Positions 26,201 to 38,188 of a DNA stretch of 64,000 bases are shown piece after piece. Origin of the DNA: Octopus sinensis (lineage: Eukaryota); assembly GCF_006345805.1 (NCBI RefSeq), contig NC_042997.1:46252001-46316000 (forward strand), given 5' to 3'. A model generated the notes under the pieces. It did not search any database and had not been told where the DNA came from. It saw nothing but the letters and a program-made list of their open reading frames with translations. How positions within the stretch are numbered: position 1 is the stretch's first letter; each line of letters opens with the position of its first letter. The position numbers were made by a program, and so were the translations under genes.

Positions 26201-27310
26201 AAACTGATACAAATAGAGGCAAAACACGAGCAAAACAAAAAATGTTCTCAGTATTTAAGGAAGCTGACAAATAGAAACAACAAATCATACCACCTAACAA
26301 ATATGAAGAAGAAGAAGAAGAAGAAGGAGAAGAAAGAAGAAGAAGAAGAAGAAGAAGATAAGAAGAAGAAGAAGAAGAAGAGAAAAAGCTATAAAACAAA
26401 TGAAATCCAAACTAAAACTAGAACAGCAAAGAACCATGATAAAACGATGGCAAGAAAAGCCCCTTCATGGTAAATACTGGACTAAATTAAATGCAAAAGA
26501 AATATACAAAGAAAAATCCCAGCAATGGCTGAGAAGCTCAGGACTCGAAGCAGAGACAGAGGGATTTTTAATTGTAGCACAAGACCAAAGCCTCCCCACG
26601 AGAAATTACCAAAAACATGTAATGAAAAGAAATATTACAAGTAACTGCAGAATATGTGGAGATGGACAAGAAACAATAAATCATATTATCTCTAGCTGCC
26701 CAGTCCTGGCTAAGAAGGAATATATTCACAGACATGACAGAGTTGGAACCTACATACATTGGAAGCTATGCCAACATTATGGAATAACAACAGAAAAAAG
26801 ATGGTATAGGCACACACCAGAAAAGGTAAAAGAAAACGAGAAAGCAACCATACTCTGGGATATGCCGATACACACAGATAGAGAAATTAAGGCCAACAGA
26901 CCAGATATAGTTGTCAGAGATCATGAAGAAAAAACTGCTTTCTAATTGATGTATCAATACCAGCAGATGACAATGTGTTTCTGAAAGAAATGGAGAAACT
27001 TTCACAATACAAAGACCTGGAAATAGAGGTAACCAGAATGTGGAATCTAAAATGAGAAACAATTTCTATCATAGTAGGCGCATTAGGCATGATAAAAAAA
27101 TATTCAGACAAATACATAACAAAAACACCAGGACTTACAAACACATAAAACACAGAAAATTGCACTACTAGGCACTGCACTCATCTTACGCAGAACACTT
27201 TCCATACAATAACCATCAGAGCATCACGACAAATCACAGCACATACCCAAGGCACACAGAGCTGCACTCGGTAGTGAAGTGAAAGCACGCTATAAAAATA
27301 AAACTACTGA
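23254..27310 (+). mobile_element. Near-full-length R4/Dong-clade non-LTR retrotransposon (single ORF: RT + CCHC + restriction-like endonuclease), inactivated
   Basis: ORF from ATG 23401 with KWTREE N-terminal motif, WKAPGHDKIPNFW, YRPITCLP, EQKGCR, WIDYRKTFDS, GIFQGDTLSP, YMDELKLY, YKYLG, CRICGDGQETINHIISSC, RHD, RPDIVVRD, IDVSIP and YKDLEIE; many frameshifts and stops; 3' end ctga(ata)n. Confidence 0.92.
26305..26385 (+). repeat. (GAA)n expansion inside the Dong ORF
   Basis: Read directly; lies between the RT thumb and the zinc knuckle. Confidence 0.9.
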
Positions 27311-27323
27311 ATAATAATAATAA

Positions 27324-27748
27324 CACTCTCTTTTACTCTTTCACTCTCTTATTTGTTTCAGTCATTTGACTGTTGCCATGCTGGAGCACCGCCTATAGTC
27401 AAGCAAATCGACCCCAGGAATTATTCCTTGTAAGCCCAGTACTTATTCTATCGGTCTCTTTTGCCGAACCGTTAGGTGACGGTGACGTAAACACACCTGC
27501 ATCGGTTGTCAAGCAATGCTAGGGGGACAAACACAGACACACAAACACACACACAAATACATATATATACATATATACATATTTACGACAGGCTACTTTC
27601 AGTTTCTGTCTACCAAATCCACTCACAAGGCATTGGTCGGCCCGGGGCTATAGCAGAAGACAATTGCCCAAGATGCCACGCAGTGTGACTGAACCCGGGA
27701 CCATGTTGCTGGTTACCAAGCTACTTACCACACAGCCACTCCTGCGCC

Positions 27749-27749
<1 letters not shown>
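27324..27749 (-). mobile_element. Full-length tRNA-derived SINE family 1 with internal (TA)/(CA) microsatellite, inserted in a (TAA)n tract
   Basis: Minus-strand head taggcgcaggagTGGCTGTGTGG...GGTTCAGTCAC with A- and B-box-like motifs; TAA repeats on both sides. Confidence 0.85.
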
Positions 27750-27810
<61 letters not shown>

Positions 27811-28216
27811 GCAAATATAAAGATCTTGAAATAGAAATCAGCAAAATGTGGAACCTGAAGACTAAAACAATACCTGTTGTCATAGGTGCCCTGGGAATGA
27901 TAGCAAAAGGGGCTGATAGTTACCTAACTCAGATACCAGGAAACCCAAAAATGGTAGAAATTCAAAAGATAGTGCTCATGGGAACTGCTCATATCCTACG
28001 CAAAATACTTTCTATGTAATCTCAAGGTTTAAAACAAACATAAAAAAACAACTTTTTTTCAGACATTCATTAGTACAACCCCCCCCCAAAAAATATATAT
28101 ATATGGCACACTAGGCATAACAACAACATGAACTTCCAACCCTGTTGTCTCTTGAGGTCTCTGGGTGAGACTTGGAGCCAACTTGTACAAATATACAGCA
28201 AAAGTCAAACATAGTA
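27811..28216 (+). mobile_element. 3' end of a second R4/Dong family
   Basis: KYKDLEIEISKMWNLKTKTIPVVIGALG...GTAHILRKILSM*, then UTR and (AAT)n. Confidence 0.88.
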
Positions 28217-28272
28217 TAATAATAATAATAATAATCATGATGATGATGATGATGATGATGATAATAATAATA

Positions 28273-28358
<86 letters not shown>

Positions 28359-28359
<1 letters not shown>

Positions 28360-29694
28360 TTCAAGACAGAGCTGAATGCAAGAAACAGGATCGAAGCGAT
28401 CAATTCTTTAATCATACCAATTTCAATATCATTAACTGGTAAATTACTGAAATATGTACTCTTGACAGAAAAATACGAAAACTGTAGACAATGCATAGCA
28501 TGCACCATCCTAGATCAATTTTTTCTGCCAAGAAAAGAGGAAAATCTTGGACATTTGCAACTGGCTTTAACAATGAAGATTGCCACAATCGGCCTGGATA
28601 CCTAGCTGAAAAACGCTGAGGACTGGATGTTAAATCTTGCTTGAAAACATGAGAACAAGAAAGTATCATATTCAATAACAAAACAGACAAAGGAATTTCT
28701 AAGTTCCAGAATTAGACGTACTAGAAAGATGCGCTGAAAAAGCTAAGCGCATGAAAACCCGTGCTAAAACTGCTGCCTTAGATATTCTGACTGATATATG
28801 GCAGGAAAAACCTCTCAATGGCAAATACCCCAAGAGAGCGAATAATGCCGATGTTGACAAAGCCCTTACCCATCAATGGCTAATCGCTTCTGGCTTAAAA
28901 TCAGAAACAGAAGGGTTTATCATAGAAGTTCAAGATCAAAGCCTACCTACAAGGAACTACCAGGCCAACATATTAAAGAACAGCAGCTTCCCAACATGTC
29001 ATGCATGTCAACAACAAAATGAAACCATTGATCATGTTGTCTCCAAGTGCAGTCTTCAAGCGCCTACGGAATATCTCAACTGGCATGATAGAGCTGCACA
29101 ATATATTTACTGGGTAATTTGCAAAAGCCTGGACTTGCCTCATGATAAAAACTAGTGGGAACACAAACCACCTCCAGTGCTTGAAAATGGTCACATCTCA
29201 CTCCTCTAGGACTTCACCCATCAAACTGACAGAAAGATAGATGCAAATAGGCCAGACATCATATTGAAAGACTCCAGACAAAAATCATGCCTCCTCATTG
29301 ATATATGATTATCCCAATCGATATAAACGTATCTGTCAAGACCTACCAAAAAATTAAGCAAGTATAAAGATCTTGAAATAGAAATTAGCAAAATGTGGAA
29401 CTTGAACACTAAAAAATACATGTTTTAGGGGCTGATTGCTACCTAACTCAGATACCAGGAAACCCCAAAATGGCAGAAATTCAAAAGATAGTTCTTATGG
29501 GAAATGCACATATCCGACATAAAATACTGTCTATATAATCTGAAATTTTAAAACAAACACATAAGTTTCTTGTACAAAAATATATGGCACCCTAAGCATA
29601 ACACCAACATGAACTTTTATGTTTTTGTCTTTTGAAGTCTCTGGGTGAGACTTGGAACCAACTTGTACAAATGCAAAGCAAAAGTCAAACATAA

Positions 29695-29695
<1 letters not shown>
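28359..29695 (+). mobile_element. 5'-truncated R4/Dong LINE, same family as 27811-28216
   Basis: KTELNARNRIEAINSL, HQWLIASGLKSETEGF..QDQSLPTRNY, CHACQQQNETIDHVVSKC, RPDIILKD; shared 3' UTR and (AAT)n flanks. Confidence 0.88.
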
Positions 29696-29768
<73 letters not shown>

Positions 29769-29785
29769 TGATGATGATGATGATG

Positions 29786-29819
<34 letters not shown>

Positions 29820-29903
29820 TGTTATTATTATTATTGTTATTGTTATTATTATTATTATCATTATTATTATTGCTATTATCATTATTATTATTATTATTAT
29901 TAT

Positions 29904-30205
29904 TCAGTAGTTTTATTTTTATAGCGTGCTTTCACTTCACTACCGAGCACAGCTCTGTGTGCCTTTGGTATGTGCTGTGATTTGTTGTGATGCTCTGATG
30001 GTTATTGTATGGAAAGTGTTCTGCGTAGGATGTGTGCAGTGCCTAGTAGTGCAATTTTCTGTATGTTATATGTGTTTGTAAGTCCTGGTGTTTTTGTTAT
30101 GTATTTGTCTGAATATTTTTTTATCATGCCTAATGCACCTACTATGATAGGAATTGTTTCTGTTTTCAGATTCCACATTCTAGTTACCTCTATTTCCAGG
30201 TCTTT

Positions 30206-30210
<5 letters not shown>
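29904..30210 (-). mobile_element. 3' end of the Dong family at 23.3-27.3 kb, in opposite orientation
   Basis: Near-identical reverse complement of ~27005-27310. Confidence 0.9.
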
Positions 30211-30269
<59 letters not shown>

Positions 30270-30275
30270 CATCAT

Positions 30276-30465
30276 TAAGATGGCACGCTAGCAGAATTGT
30301 TAGTACGCTAGGCAAAATGCTCAGCGCCATTTCGTCTGTATTTATGGTCTGAGTTCAAATTCCGCTGATGTCGACTTTACCTTTCATCCTTTCGGGGTCG
30401 ATAAATTAAGTACCAGTTACGCACTGGTGTCGTTGTAATCGACTAGTTCCCCCCCCCCCACAAAT
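30276..30465 (+). mobile_element. tRNA-derived SINE family 2
   Basis: ctgagttcaaattccgc..gtcgactttacctttcatcctttcggggtcgataaattaagtaccag shared with 30877, 42829, 51290 and 58492. Confidence 0.85.
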
Positions 30466-30479
30466 AGCAAGTGCTCTTA

Positions 30480-30660
30480 TTTTCACTGTATTGAAAGTGC
30501 TTTAGGTAGGCTGTGCGCGGTGAAGAATAGTACTAGGGGTTTTTGTTATGCATTTGTCTGAAATAAAAATTGCTTCTGTTTTTAGGCTCCACATTTGAGT
30601 TACCTCTCTTTCCAGATCTTTGTGTTTTGTAAGTTTCTCCGTGTCTTATTGAGAAACGTT
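30480..30660 (-). mobile_element. Degenerate Dong C-terminal fragment
   Basis: Minus strand resembles EKLTKHKDLEREVTQMWSLK, similar to the other Dong C-termini. Confidence 0.55.
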
Positions 30661-30706
30661 GTTGTTGTTGTTGTTGTTATTATTATTGTTATTGTTACTA
30701 TTATTA

Positions 30707-30820
30707 AGTGAGAGAGCACGGTATGCCATGAAAGTGTCACTGGGATAAAATATACGAAGCCTAGTATACCCATCATGACTATTCGTCCGATAAAAGTACA
30801 CTAGGTACATGCATCGCAAC
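30707..30820 (-). mobile_element. 5'-truncated copy D of the ~540-bp retroposon
   Basis: Matches only the first ~110 plus-strand nt of copy A; ATT repeats on both sides. Confidence 0.75.
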
Positions 30821-30827
30821 AATCTTA

Positions 30828-30876
<49 letters not shown>

Positions 30877-30879
<3 letters not shown>

Positions 30880-31095
30880 GTTGGTGAGTTGGCAAAATAG
30901 TTAGCATGCCGGAAAATGCTTAGCGGCATTTCGTCCGCCTTTCTGTGTTCGGAGTTAAATTTTCCTCGAGTCCACTTTGCCTTTCATCGTTTCGGGGCCG
31001 GTAAATTAGGTACCTGTTGAGCACTGGGGTCGATGCAATCGGCCGATTCCTTGCCCAGAAATTGTTGTCATTGCGCCAAAATCTGAAAGTATTAT
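30877..31095 (+). mobile_element. tRNA-derived SINE family 2
   Basis: Similarity to the other family-2 copies. Confidence 0.8.
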
Positions 31096-31789
31096 CATTA
31101 CCATTTCTATTGTTGCCATATCTTTTCATTTTGTTGTTCTTGCAAATAGTATTTGTTGAGTTCATATTCCTTTGAGGTCTCTTTTGTCTTTCATCTTTCA
31201 GATAAAAATAAAACATCAGTTAAATAGTGGAGTCGATATTATGTAAAAACTGCTCCTTGAAAATTCCAGTTGTTTTGCTGTCATCATTATCATTGCCATC
31301 GACGCCGTTGTCGTAATTATTATTGTTGTTATTGTCATTATTTTCATCATCTTCCTCACGATGATGATGATGATAATGATCATCATCATCCTGATCATGA
31401 TGATCATCATCAACAAATTCTTCCAGTAATTTTATTTATTACTTATCGATGACAAGTTATTTCTCTGTGATATACATACATATATGTATACACAAACATA
31501 CGCACATACATACATGCATATATGGAGGCATACATACATAAATACATATATATATATACATACATACATCCATATATATATACATGCGTACATGGTGGCT
31601 TCCCCCTCGTTATCGAGTATGGCCATTGCCCGAAGCTTAATCAATGTTGTTATCGTGCAATGCCTGTGCAAGAAGATTTTTTTTAAAAGTGAAGAAAGGC
31701 TGTGCACTGAGTCAATCCCACTCACTAAGCAACAGCAGCAATAATCCGAAAAGAAGAACAACTCAACATCATCGGTAACCACTGAGCCG

Positions 31790-32140
31790 CAGGTTTTATG
31801 TCGGAGTTATCGCAGTTATCTGAGTTACCTTCTCCAAGAAAGATGCCCTAACAAAGGCTAGGAGTCCTTCACTCCCAATGGTTTAACCGCGCGATCGGGT
31901 ATTCAGTCCGATTATTTCTATGTCCCCGCGCATAATACAGCCTTAAGACATTTATTGGATGGCCGTTGACTCTCAAGAGTTCCTCCGCCCTTTGACAGGT
32001 TTTGTTTTTCATCCTGCAGGGTGTCCAATAAACACCCTCCTTGGTGGGGTTGCCGGTTTAGTCGCCGACGACCCGACCGTGCAACAGGTTGTACTGGGTT
32101 ACATGTTGGCAGTAGCACTCGAAAGTGACCTGACCTCAGG
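31790..32140 (-). mobile_element. GC-rich retroelement remnant resembling an RTE-type 5' UTR
   Basis: agttaccttctccaagaaagatgccctaacaaaggctag resembles RTE-derived short elements as I recall them; no ORF. Confidence 0.35.
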
Positions 32141-32348
32141 TACATACATACAGACATGCATACATACATCCCCAAGTAGTAAGTATTTAGGCAACCAACT
32201 CAGAATGGGATTGTGTTTTGATTATTGTAGTTACGTCTGACGAAGTGGCTTGATCATTTTTTATATTGTGTAATCTAATCAATGAATATTCATTCTCACA
32301 GAAACATTTGTTAACTTATTGGAAAATTTGTTTTCGTTTTGATATATA

Positions 32349-33162
32349 CGAGTGTATACCCAAAAGAAACCTATTCTGTTGGACAAACCCGTCTTAGTTC
32401 AGGCGTCCGCCGCAAGAAACTATTCGAGGTGACCCTCTGGTATCAGTCTCCTGACCGGCGTTGTTCGGTGGAATCATACTGCCACGTGGTACATTTTTGT
32501 TTTTGCAGTGCTTTTCCTCTGTTTGTTGAGTTTTGCTACGGCTGGCAGGAAGGAACAGCGTGCTTCCGCGAAATTCTGTTTTCTATTGGGAAAACGATGA
32601 CCAACAGAGTTGGCAAGCGTCAAATAGCTTACGAGGACCCTGCCATCAGCGAAACACATGGTTAAAAGTGGATTTTACACTATAAGTATGACCAATTGTT
32701 GTTTGAATACCAATCTCGTTCAGGGCGACGTCGGTCTGTTGATCGAATGAAAACATAATGAAAATTCTTGAACTGATCTTGGAAGACCATCACCAAACAA
32801 TTGACGAACTTGTTGATATGATTGGGTGTCCTGAATAAATATTGAGCGAGGAATTGCGAATGAAAAGAGTTGCAGCAAAATTTGTGCCACATTTGCTCAC
32901 AGAAGATCAAAAACAGTCACGTCTGAATGTATGTCGTGAAAACTAGTGTTACGGAATTTGCAGATGTGGAAGAGGTGAAGAAAAAAATGACAAGGATTTA
33001 AAGAGGGATCACTTCGCAAGATTTCCAGCACTGCTTCGAACAGTATATTACGTGTCCGGACCGATTCATTGCTTAAATGAAGGCGAAATAAAGTGTATAC
33101 ATGTAAAACTAATTATATTAATAAATATTGCAAAATTCCAGTTTCTGTTGGGTATCCTCTCG
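32349..33162 (+). mobile_element. Internally deleted mariner with both TIRs
   Basis: TA|cgagtgtatacccaaaagaaac ... gtttctgttgggtatcctctcg|TA; KEQRASAKFCFLLGK, AYEDPAIS, KFVPHLLTEDQK; catalytic core missing. Confidence 0.85.
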
Positions 33163-33216
33163 TATGTGTGCGTATGTGTATTTGTATGAGTATGTATGTA
33201 TATATCTGTGTGTGTT

Positions 33217-33255
<39 letters not shown>

Positions 33256-33321
33256 AGTAAAAGTAACTCTAGAAATATTGTTAGACACACATACTAATGT
33301 ACATTGTTTGTGTATTTTCCG

Positions 33322-33610
33322 GTGACTGCAATGACGTAGCGGAGTATACTAGACCTGCTTTTACTTCATATGTAAATTTTCTCTTACTTATACAATTTCC
33401 GGGCATACCAGCTCATGATTTCACATCCATGAGCATATACGTCGTTGGGCTGATAGCTGACTCCTCGCCTTCAACCACGAAAATGGCGAAACATCGATGT
33501 CCATCAATCCCAAATGTGAATGAGGGTGCGTTATCTAACATATCCATAGCTCTAAGGTGTTTTAACACCAGTGACATGAGTTATATACTCCGCTACGCCA
33601 TTGTAGCCAC
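33322..33610. mobile_element. MITE-like element with ~27-bp terminal inverted repeats
   Basis: gtgactgcaatgacgtagcggagtata (33322-33348) versus tatactccgctacgccattgtagccac (33584-33610). Confidence 0.6.
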
Positions 33611-33728
33611 ACAAAGCATATACATTAGAATATATATATATATATCTAACAATATATGTGTGTGTGTATGTATGTATACATACATATATATATCTAACAA
33701 TATATGTGTGTGTGTATGTATGTTTATA

Positions 33729-33766
<38 letters not shown>

Positions 33767-33809
33767 AACAAGTAAAGACTTGTCTCTAATAATATTTTAT
33801 ATATATATA

Positions 33810-33854
<45 letters not shown>

Positions 33855-34124
33855 ATATGTAAGTATGTATATATATATGTATGTGTGGAATTCAGGAATG
33901 TCTTAGAGTGCTTCATTGTTACGTAGCTTCCTGGAGGTTTCGTATACCAACCAACATTGATAAAAGCAAATAAACTACATTGTGTTCAAATTAAGAAACT
34001 CTACTTATTTCAGCAGCGCTTGAAGATGTGATGATTTACTCAAACACTTTCCTAATTCAATGAAAGCTTTTGTTAAACATGCCGTTGTTCTTCCGTGTAC
34101 TATATTTGAGGTGCTTTCTTTCAG

Positions 34125-34392
34125 TTTGTTTAATGCTTATAGGTATGAAATTCTAATACTGAGAGTCTTTCGTGTTTTGTGCACTTAATGTGATCTTGTT
34201 TAGATGAACTGGTATTTCATTGATTACTTCTATGTACGTCTATTTGAATTGACATACGCATAATATATGTGGTTGTGCATGTTTGTGCCTGTATTGTGTA
34301 TATGTATGTGCTTGTTGTTCCGCAGCCGAGATGAGGTGAATAGCCATCAAAACATACAGATGACGAGCAGTTTGCAAATGCTTAAAATTTGA
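34125..34392 (+). other. Candidate small exons (34125-34142; 34326 to stop 34392) of an unidentified host gene
   Basis: ctttctttcag|18 nt|gtatga and ttgttccgcag|; spliced in phase they read LFNAYSRDEVNSHQNIQMTSSLQMLKI*. No homology recognised. Confidence 0.2.
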
Positions 34393-35739
34393 GCACTTCG
34401 CATCTCTTGATTCAATGCGTAGTGCTTGTAAACAAGGAATGTGTTACCTAACTGCCACATACATTGTTTAAATATATAGCTCTTGCCATCACTAAAATCA
34501 ATAATTTCCACTATAAATCTCTCAACGTATATTGTACTGCCTATCTAACATTTACATATAATGTGAATACTGACCATTTTCCCAAACCTACTCCGTTTAA
34601 CTCAGGGCATAAACAATTGCTAAACATTTTGTTACTGTTGGAGTCATTGTTCTTTTGATCAACAGTGACTGACTAAAGATTGACAATGTCAACAAATTCT
34701 CGTTTGGCCTGTTGAGCATTAATGAGGATAAAGAGCGACTGACAAGTTGAACATTTAACGATGCATCAAGAGACCCCGTGGAGTAACTTGTGTTACATAA
34801 TGCTGTTTTTTCTCTGTGTGGCATATTTGATGTCTACTCCTGTTTGCTTAATTCACATGGACAAAGTTTTATAGAAATAATCACCTCTTGTTTCAGTTAT
34901 AGTATAGCTCTCAGTGTCTTGCACTTTTAGCTGATCGCTTAAATCAAGTGAGTTTCATGATTCATTTTCATGTGCTCCAATCTTCCGTATGTGTGTGTAT
35001 ATGTGTGTATACATATATAAGAGAGAGAAAGAGAGAGAGAGACAGGCAGAGAGACCGAGAGACAAAGAGAAACACACAGACACACACACACACATACACA
35101 CACACACACATACACACACACACACTCACACACACATATATATAATATACAGCTATATCTGCAGTCGTAATAAAATGTTTGCCCATAAATATACAGTCCT
35201 AAATGTAATTACGTTCAGATATGTTAGCGATACCCTCAAGGTCTCCGCACACGCTTATATATTGATATACGAATGCACATTCACGTACATTCACGAACAC
35301 ACATTGTGTGTGTCTGTATGTATAGTACAAAAATCTAAGCGAGAATTATGGAGGTGTTCGTTGATTTGTGCATTAATATATAATTGAACAGTGGAAATAT
35401 ATACAACACAGAATGATGCACACGCATGTGTATGCGTCAGTGGGAAAAAGGATGTGCTTGAATGTGTGTGTTGTGTGGTATTTTGTGTGTGTGTGTTGGT
35501 TGTCACTACATGAATCAATGTTCACTGTGTTCATATATATATATATCAAATGTTAATTGACAGATATACGAATAACGACATAAGCAAACAAACACATACG
35601 TACACACACTCATTCACGTGCAAACATATCCATAAACTCGTTGCCCCAAAAGATACATAAACTCTGTTTTTACAATTTAATAGCTAATAACTCAATAAAG
35701 TTTCATTTCTATTTTTAAATTTTACCTATTAAGAAAGAA

Positions 35740-36760
35740 GCTAAGAAGAAAATTTATACTGAAGTACAACTGAAGTACAACTGGAAGTTTGAAAACAGAG
35801 TCGGAGTTCAAAGATTGTTCAGGTGGGAGTTTTAAACTGATACATCTACGCACTTCATAATAAATCGAATTAGAGATAAGTTTGAATCAGATTGAACTGT
35901 TCAGAATATTCCAAGAAACGTTTCGGAATATGACGAACATTGACAGGCCTAACAAAGCCAGAAAGTGCATTAATAATGTATTGTCAGACTTCAAGAAAAT
36001 CAGTGCGCAAATCGAGTCGTAAAATAGGAATTTCAAAATCAAACGTCCATCGAATTTTGAAACTTTAGGGAAAATTACAGTTCAATAATAGACTATGCTC
36101 TCCGTAAAGATGATCAAGATAGAAGGGTGGGGGTTTCGCGAGAGGCACTCTGCAAATTGTGTAGAAAATGCTCACACTCTAACAAAGACTATTTGAAGTG
36201 ATGAGGTTACATTTAAATTAAATGGTTAAATTGACTGTCACAATTGATCTTACTGGGGTCCTGAGTGTCCATATATTACGGAGGAAGATCATTTAATTTG
36301 TCAAGTGTTACAGTATAATGCAGCTTAGGATCAAAGTGAGTCATTCGATCATTCTATTCAACTGTAATTGGTCCCATATTCCTGGAATTGCTGTGCCAAT
36401 TTTCCCTGCCAAGCAATCGAGAGGACTTTGAAGATGTGAAGTTTTCATTTCCATAGTAATGTAAGGGCCTAGTTTGGCGGCAAAAGCCAAACAAGTGGAT
36501 AGGACGAAGTGATTTCATATAATATCCTCCTCATTCACTGGTCATCATACTATCAGAATTTTTTATCCTTTAAAATGAATTTTGCAGCACGAAACCGGCA
36601 ACAATCGATGAACTGAGAGTATTTATGAAAGAGAATGTGCATTAACACCAAATGAATTATTTTTTGATGTTTATGATTCAAAATATAGAGGTAAAAGGAA
36701 AGAGGTTCTTGGAAAATGGAATATGATATCAAATTAAGAAAACTTGACCAAATCTAAAAC
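35740..36760 (+). mobile_element. Highly decayed IS630-Tc1-mariner transposon (DUF4817/Tc3-like type)
   Basis: Remnant motifs SDEVTFKLNG*IDCHN*SYWGPE and PNKWIGR..PP.S, matching WSDEA.F.LNG.VN.HN..YW and RWIGR..WPPRSPD. Confidence 0.65.
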
Positions 36761-37383
36761 CTCAACATAAAATATTCTCCATATCTTCATTACGATCTAC
36801 TGGTCTGGCTCTCTTCCTGGCTTATGTACACATTGTCTTGAAAATTATCGAACTAAATATTATAGTGGGGAAAACTTGACTTGGTGTTCAACAGAGAAAA
36901 TAATTTTGATTGTCAAGCGCCTAAACTTTTTCAGATAGTTTATTAGAATCGTGTCAAAATTCACGAAAAATTTCCTGAAGAATTTCACGAAAAATTTCCT
37001 GTCATCTGACTATGATTCAAACTCTCTCAGCTTCTACAACAACTATAATGGCAAATTTTTACTTTCAAAGATGATGCAATAGTACAAAATGGTGAAGAAA
37101 TATTTGCAATGTAATGGTTTCAAATAGGTAGGTTAAATTAACGAGAAATTAGAAATTATTTTATCCCACTTTGATCTACTCTTTTCCTATTAAATTTTGA
37201 AAATGATAAATGCTTGTTTTGATAAACATTGGAATTATAATCATTCAATGCGTGCATATATTTTTGTGGGAACTCTCTGTATACATACATTTGTGTGTGT
37301 GTGTTTGTGTGTGTGTTTGTGTGGTATGTGTAAGTAAATAGAGAGATGGAGAAGGTGAGAGAGAGAGATTGATAGAGATAGAG

Positions 37384-37414
<31 letters not shown>

Positions 37415-37714
37415 AGAGAGAGAGAGAGAGATCGTCCAAACATTGTTTCTGTGCAATATCTTGCCCATTGTCCAAGCTCTGGTGTAATAGGTTCCCCATA
37501 GTAGTTGTAAGAAACTCTGAAGAGAGCTGAACAGCAGGGGGTCTTCAGAGAAGAAAAGCCACCCAGGCAAGTCTTTTGGCCCTTAACGTTTTACACTCTA
37601 AAGGGACCTTTTAGTGACTTGGATGTTGGAGACTTATGCATTTAAACTGCTTGGAGATTTCATCTACTTCTAACTCCCCACCGTTGAACAATTGTCATTA
37701 ACATTAGTTTCAAA

Positions 37715-37915
37715 TTCTGGCACAAGGCCAGTAATTTTGGCGGGTGACGGGGGTGGCAGGTAAATTGATTACATCGATCCCGATACTCAACTGTTGCTTA
37801 CTTTATCGACTCCAAATGGAAGAAAGGCATTTGAACTAAGAAAGTAATGACGGATGAAGCGTCGCCTAGCATTTTAACCGGCACGGAAATGATTCTGTCT
37901 GCTCGTCGCCTTAGA
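37715..37915 (-). mobile_element. Degenerate SINE family 2
   Basis: ggcacaaggccag..gattacatcgatccc..tttatcgac..gtcgcctta. Confidence 0.6.
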
Positions 37916-38156
37916 GATGTCATCAATAATGCATAGAATTACATTATACCTGGCGAGTCCACCAAACTAGAATGTAAAACGTGGTTTCAGTTACTACGGG
38001 CATCTGCTTGTGCAGTCATGTACCACAACAGGGATCCCTTATTAACTACCTGCATCCCTGCATCATCAATAAACGAGCAGCTCTGATGAAGTTACATCAT
38101 TCGAACAATTACCTATGTGTATATATATTTGTATATATATATATATATTATATATA

Positions 38157-38188
<32 letters not shown>

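Noticed and set aside
33297-33926. 209-aa ORF
   Set aside because: It spans a MITE-like element and then microsatellite; no domain is recognisable.
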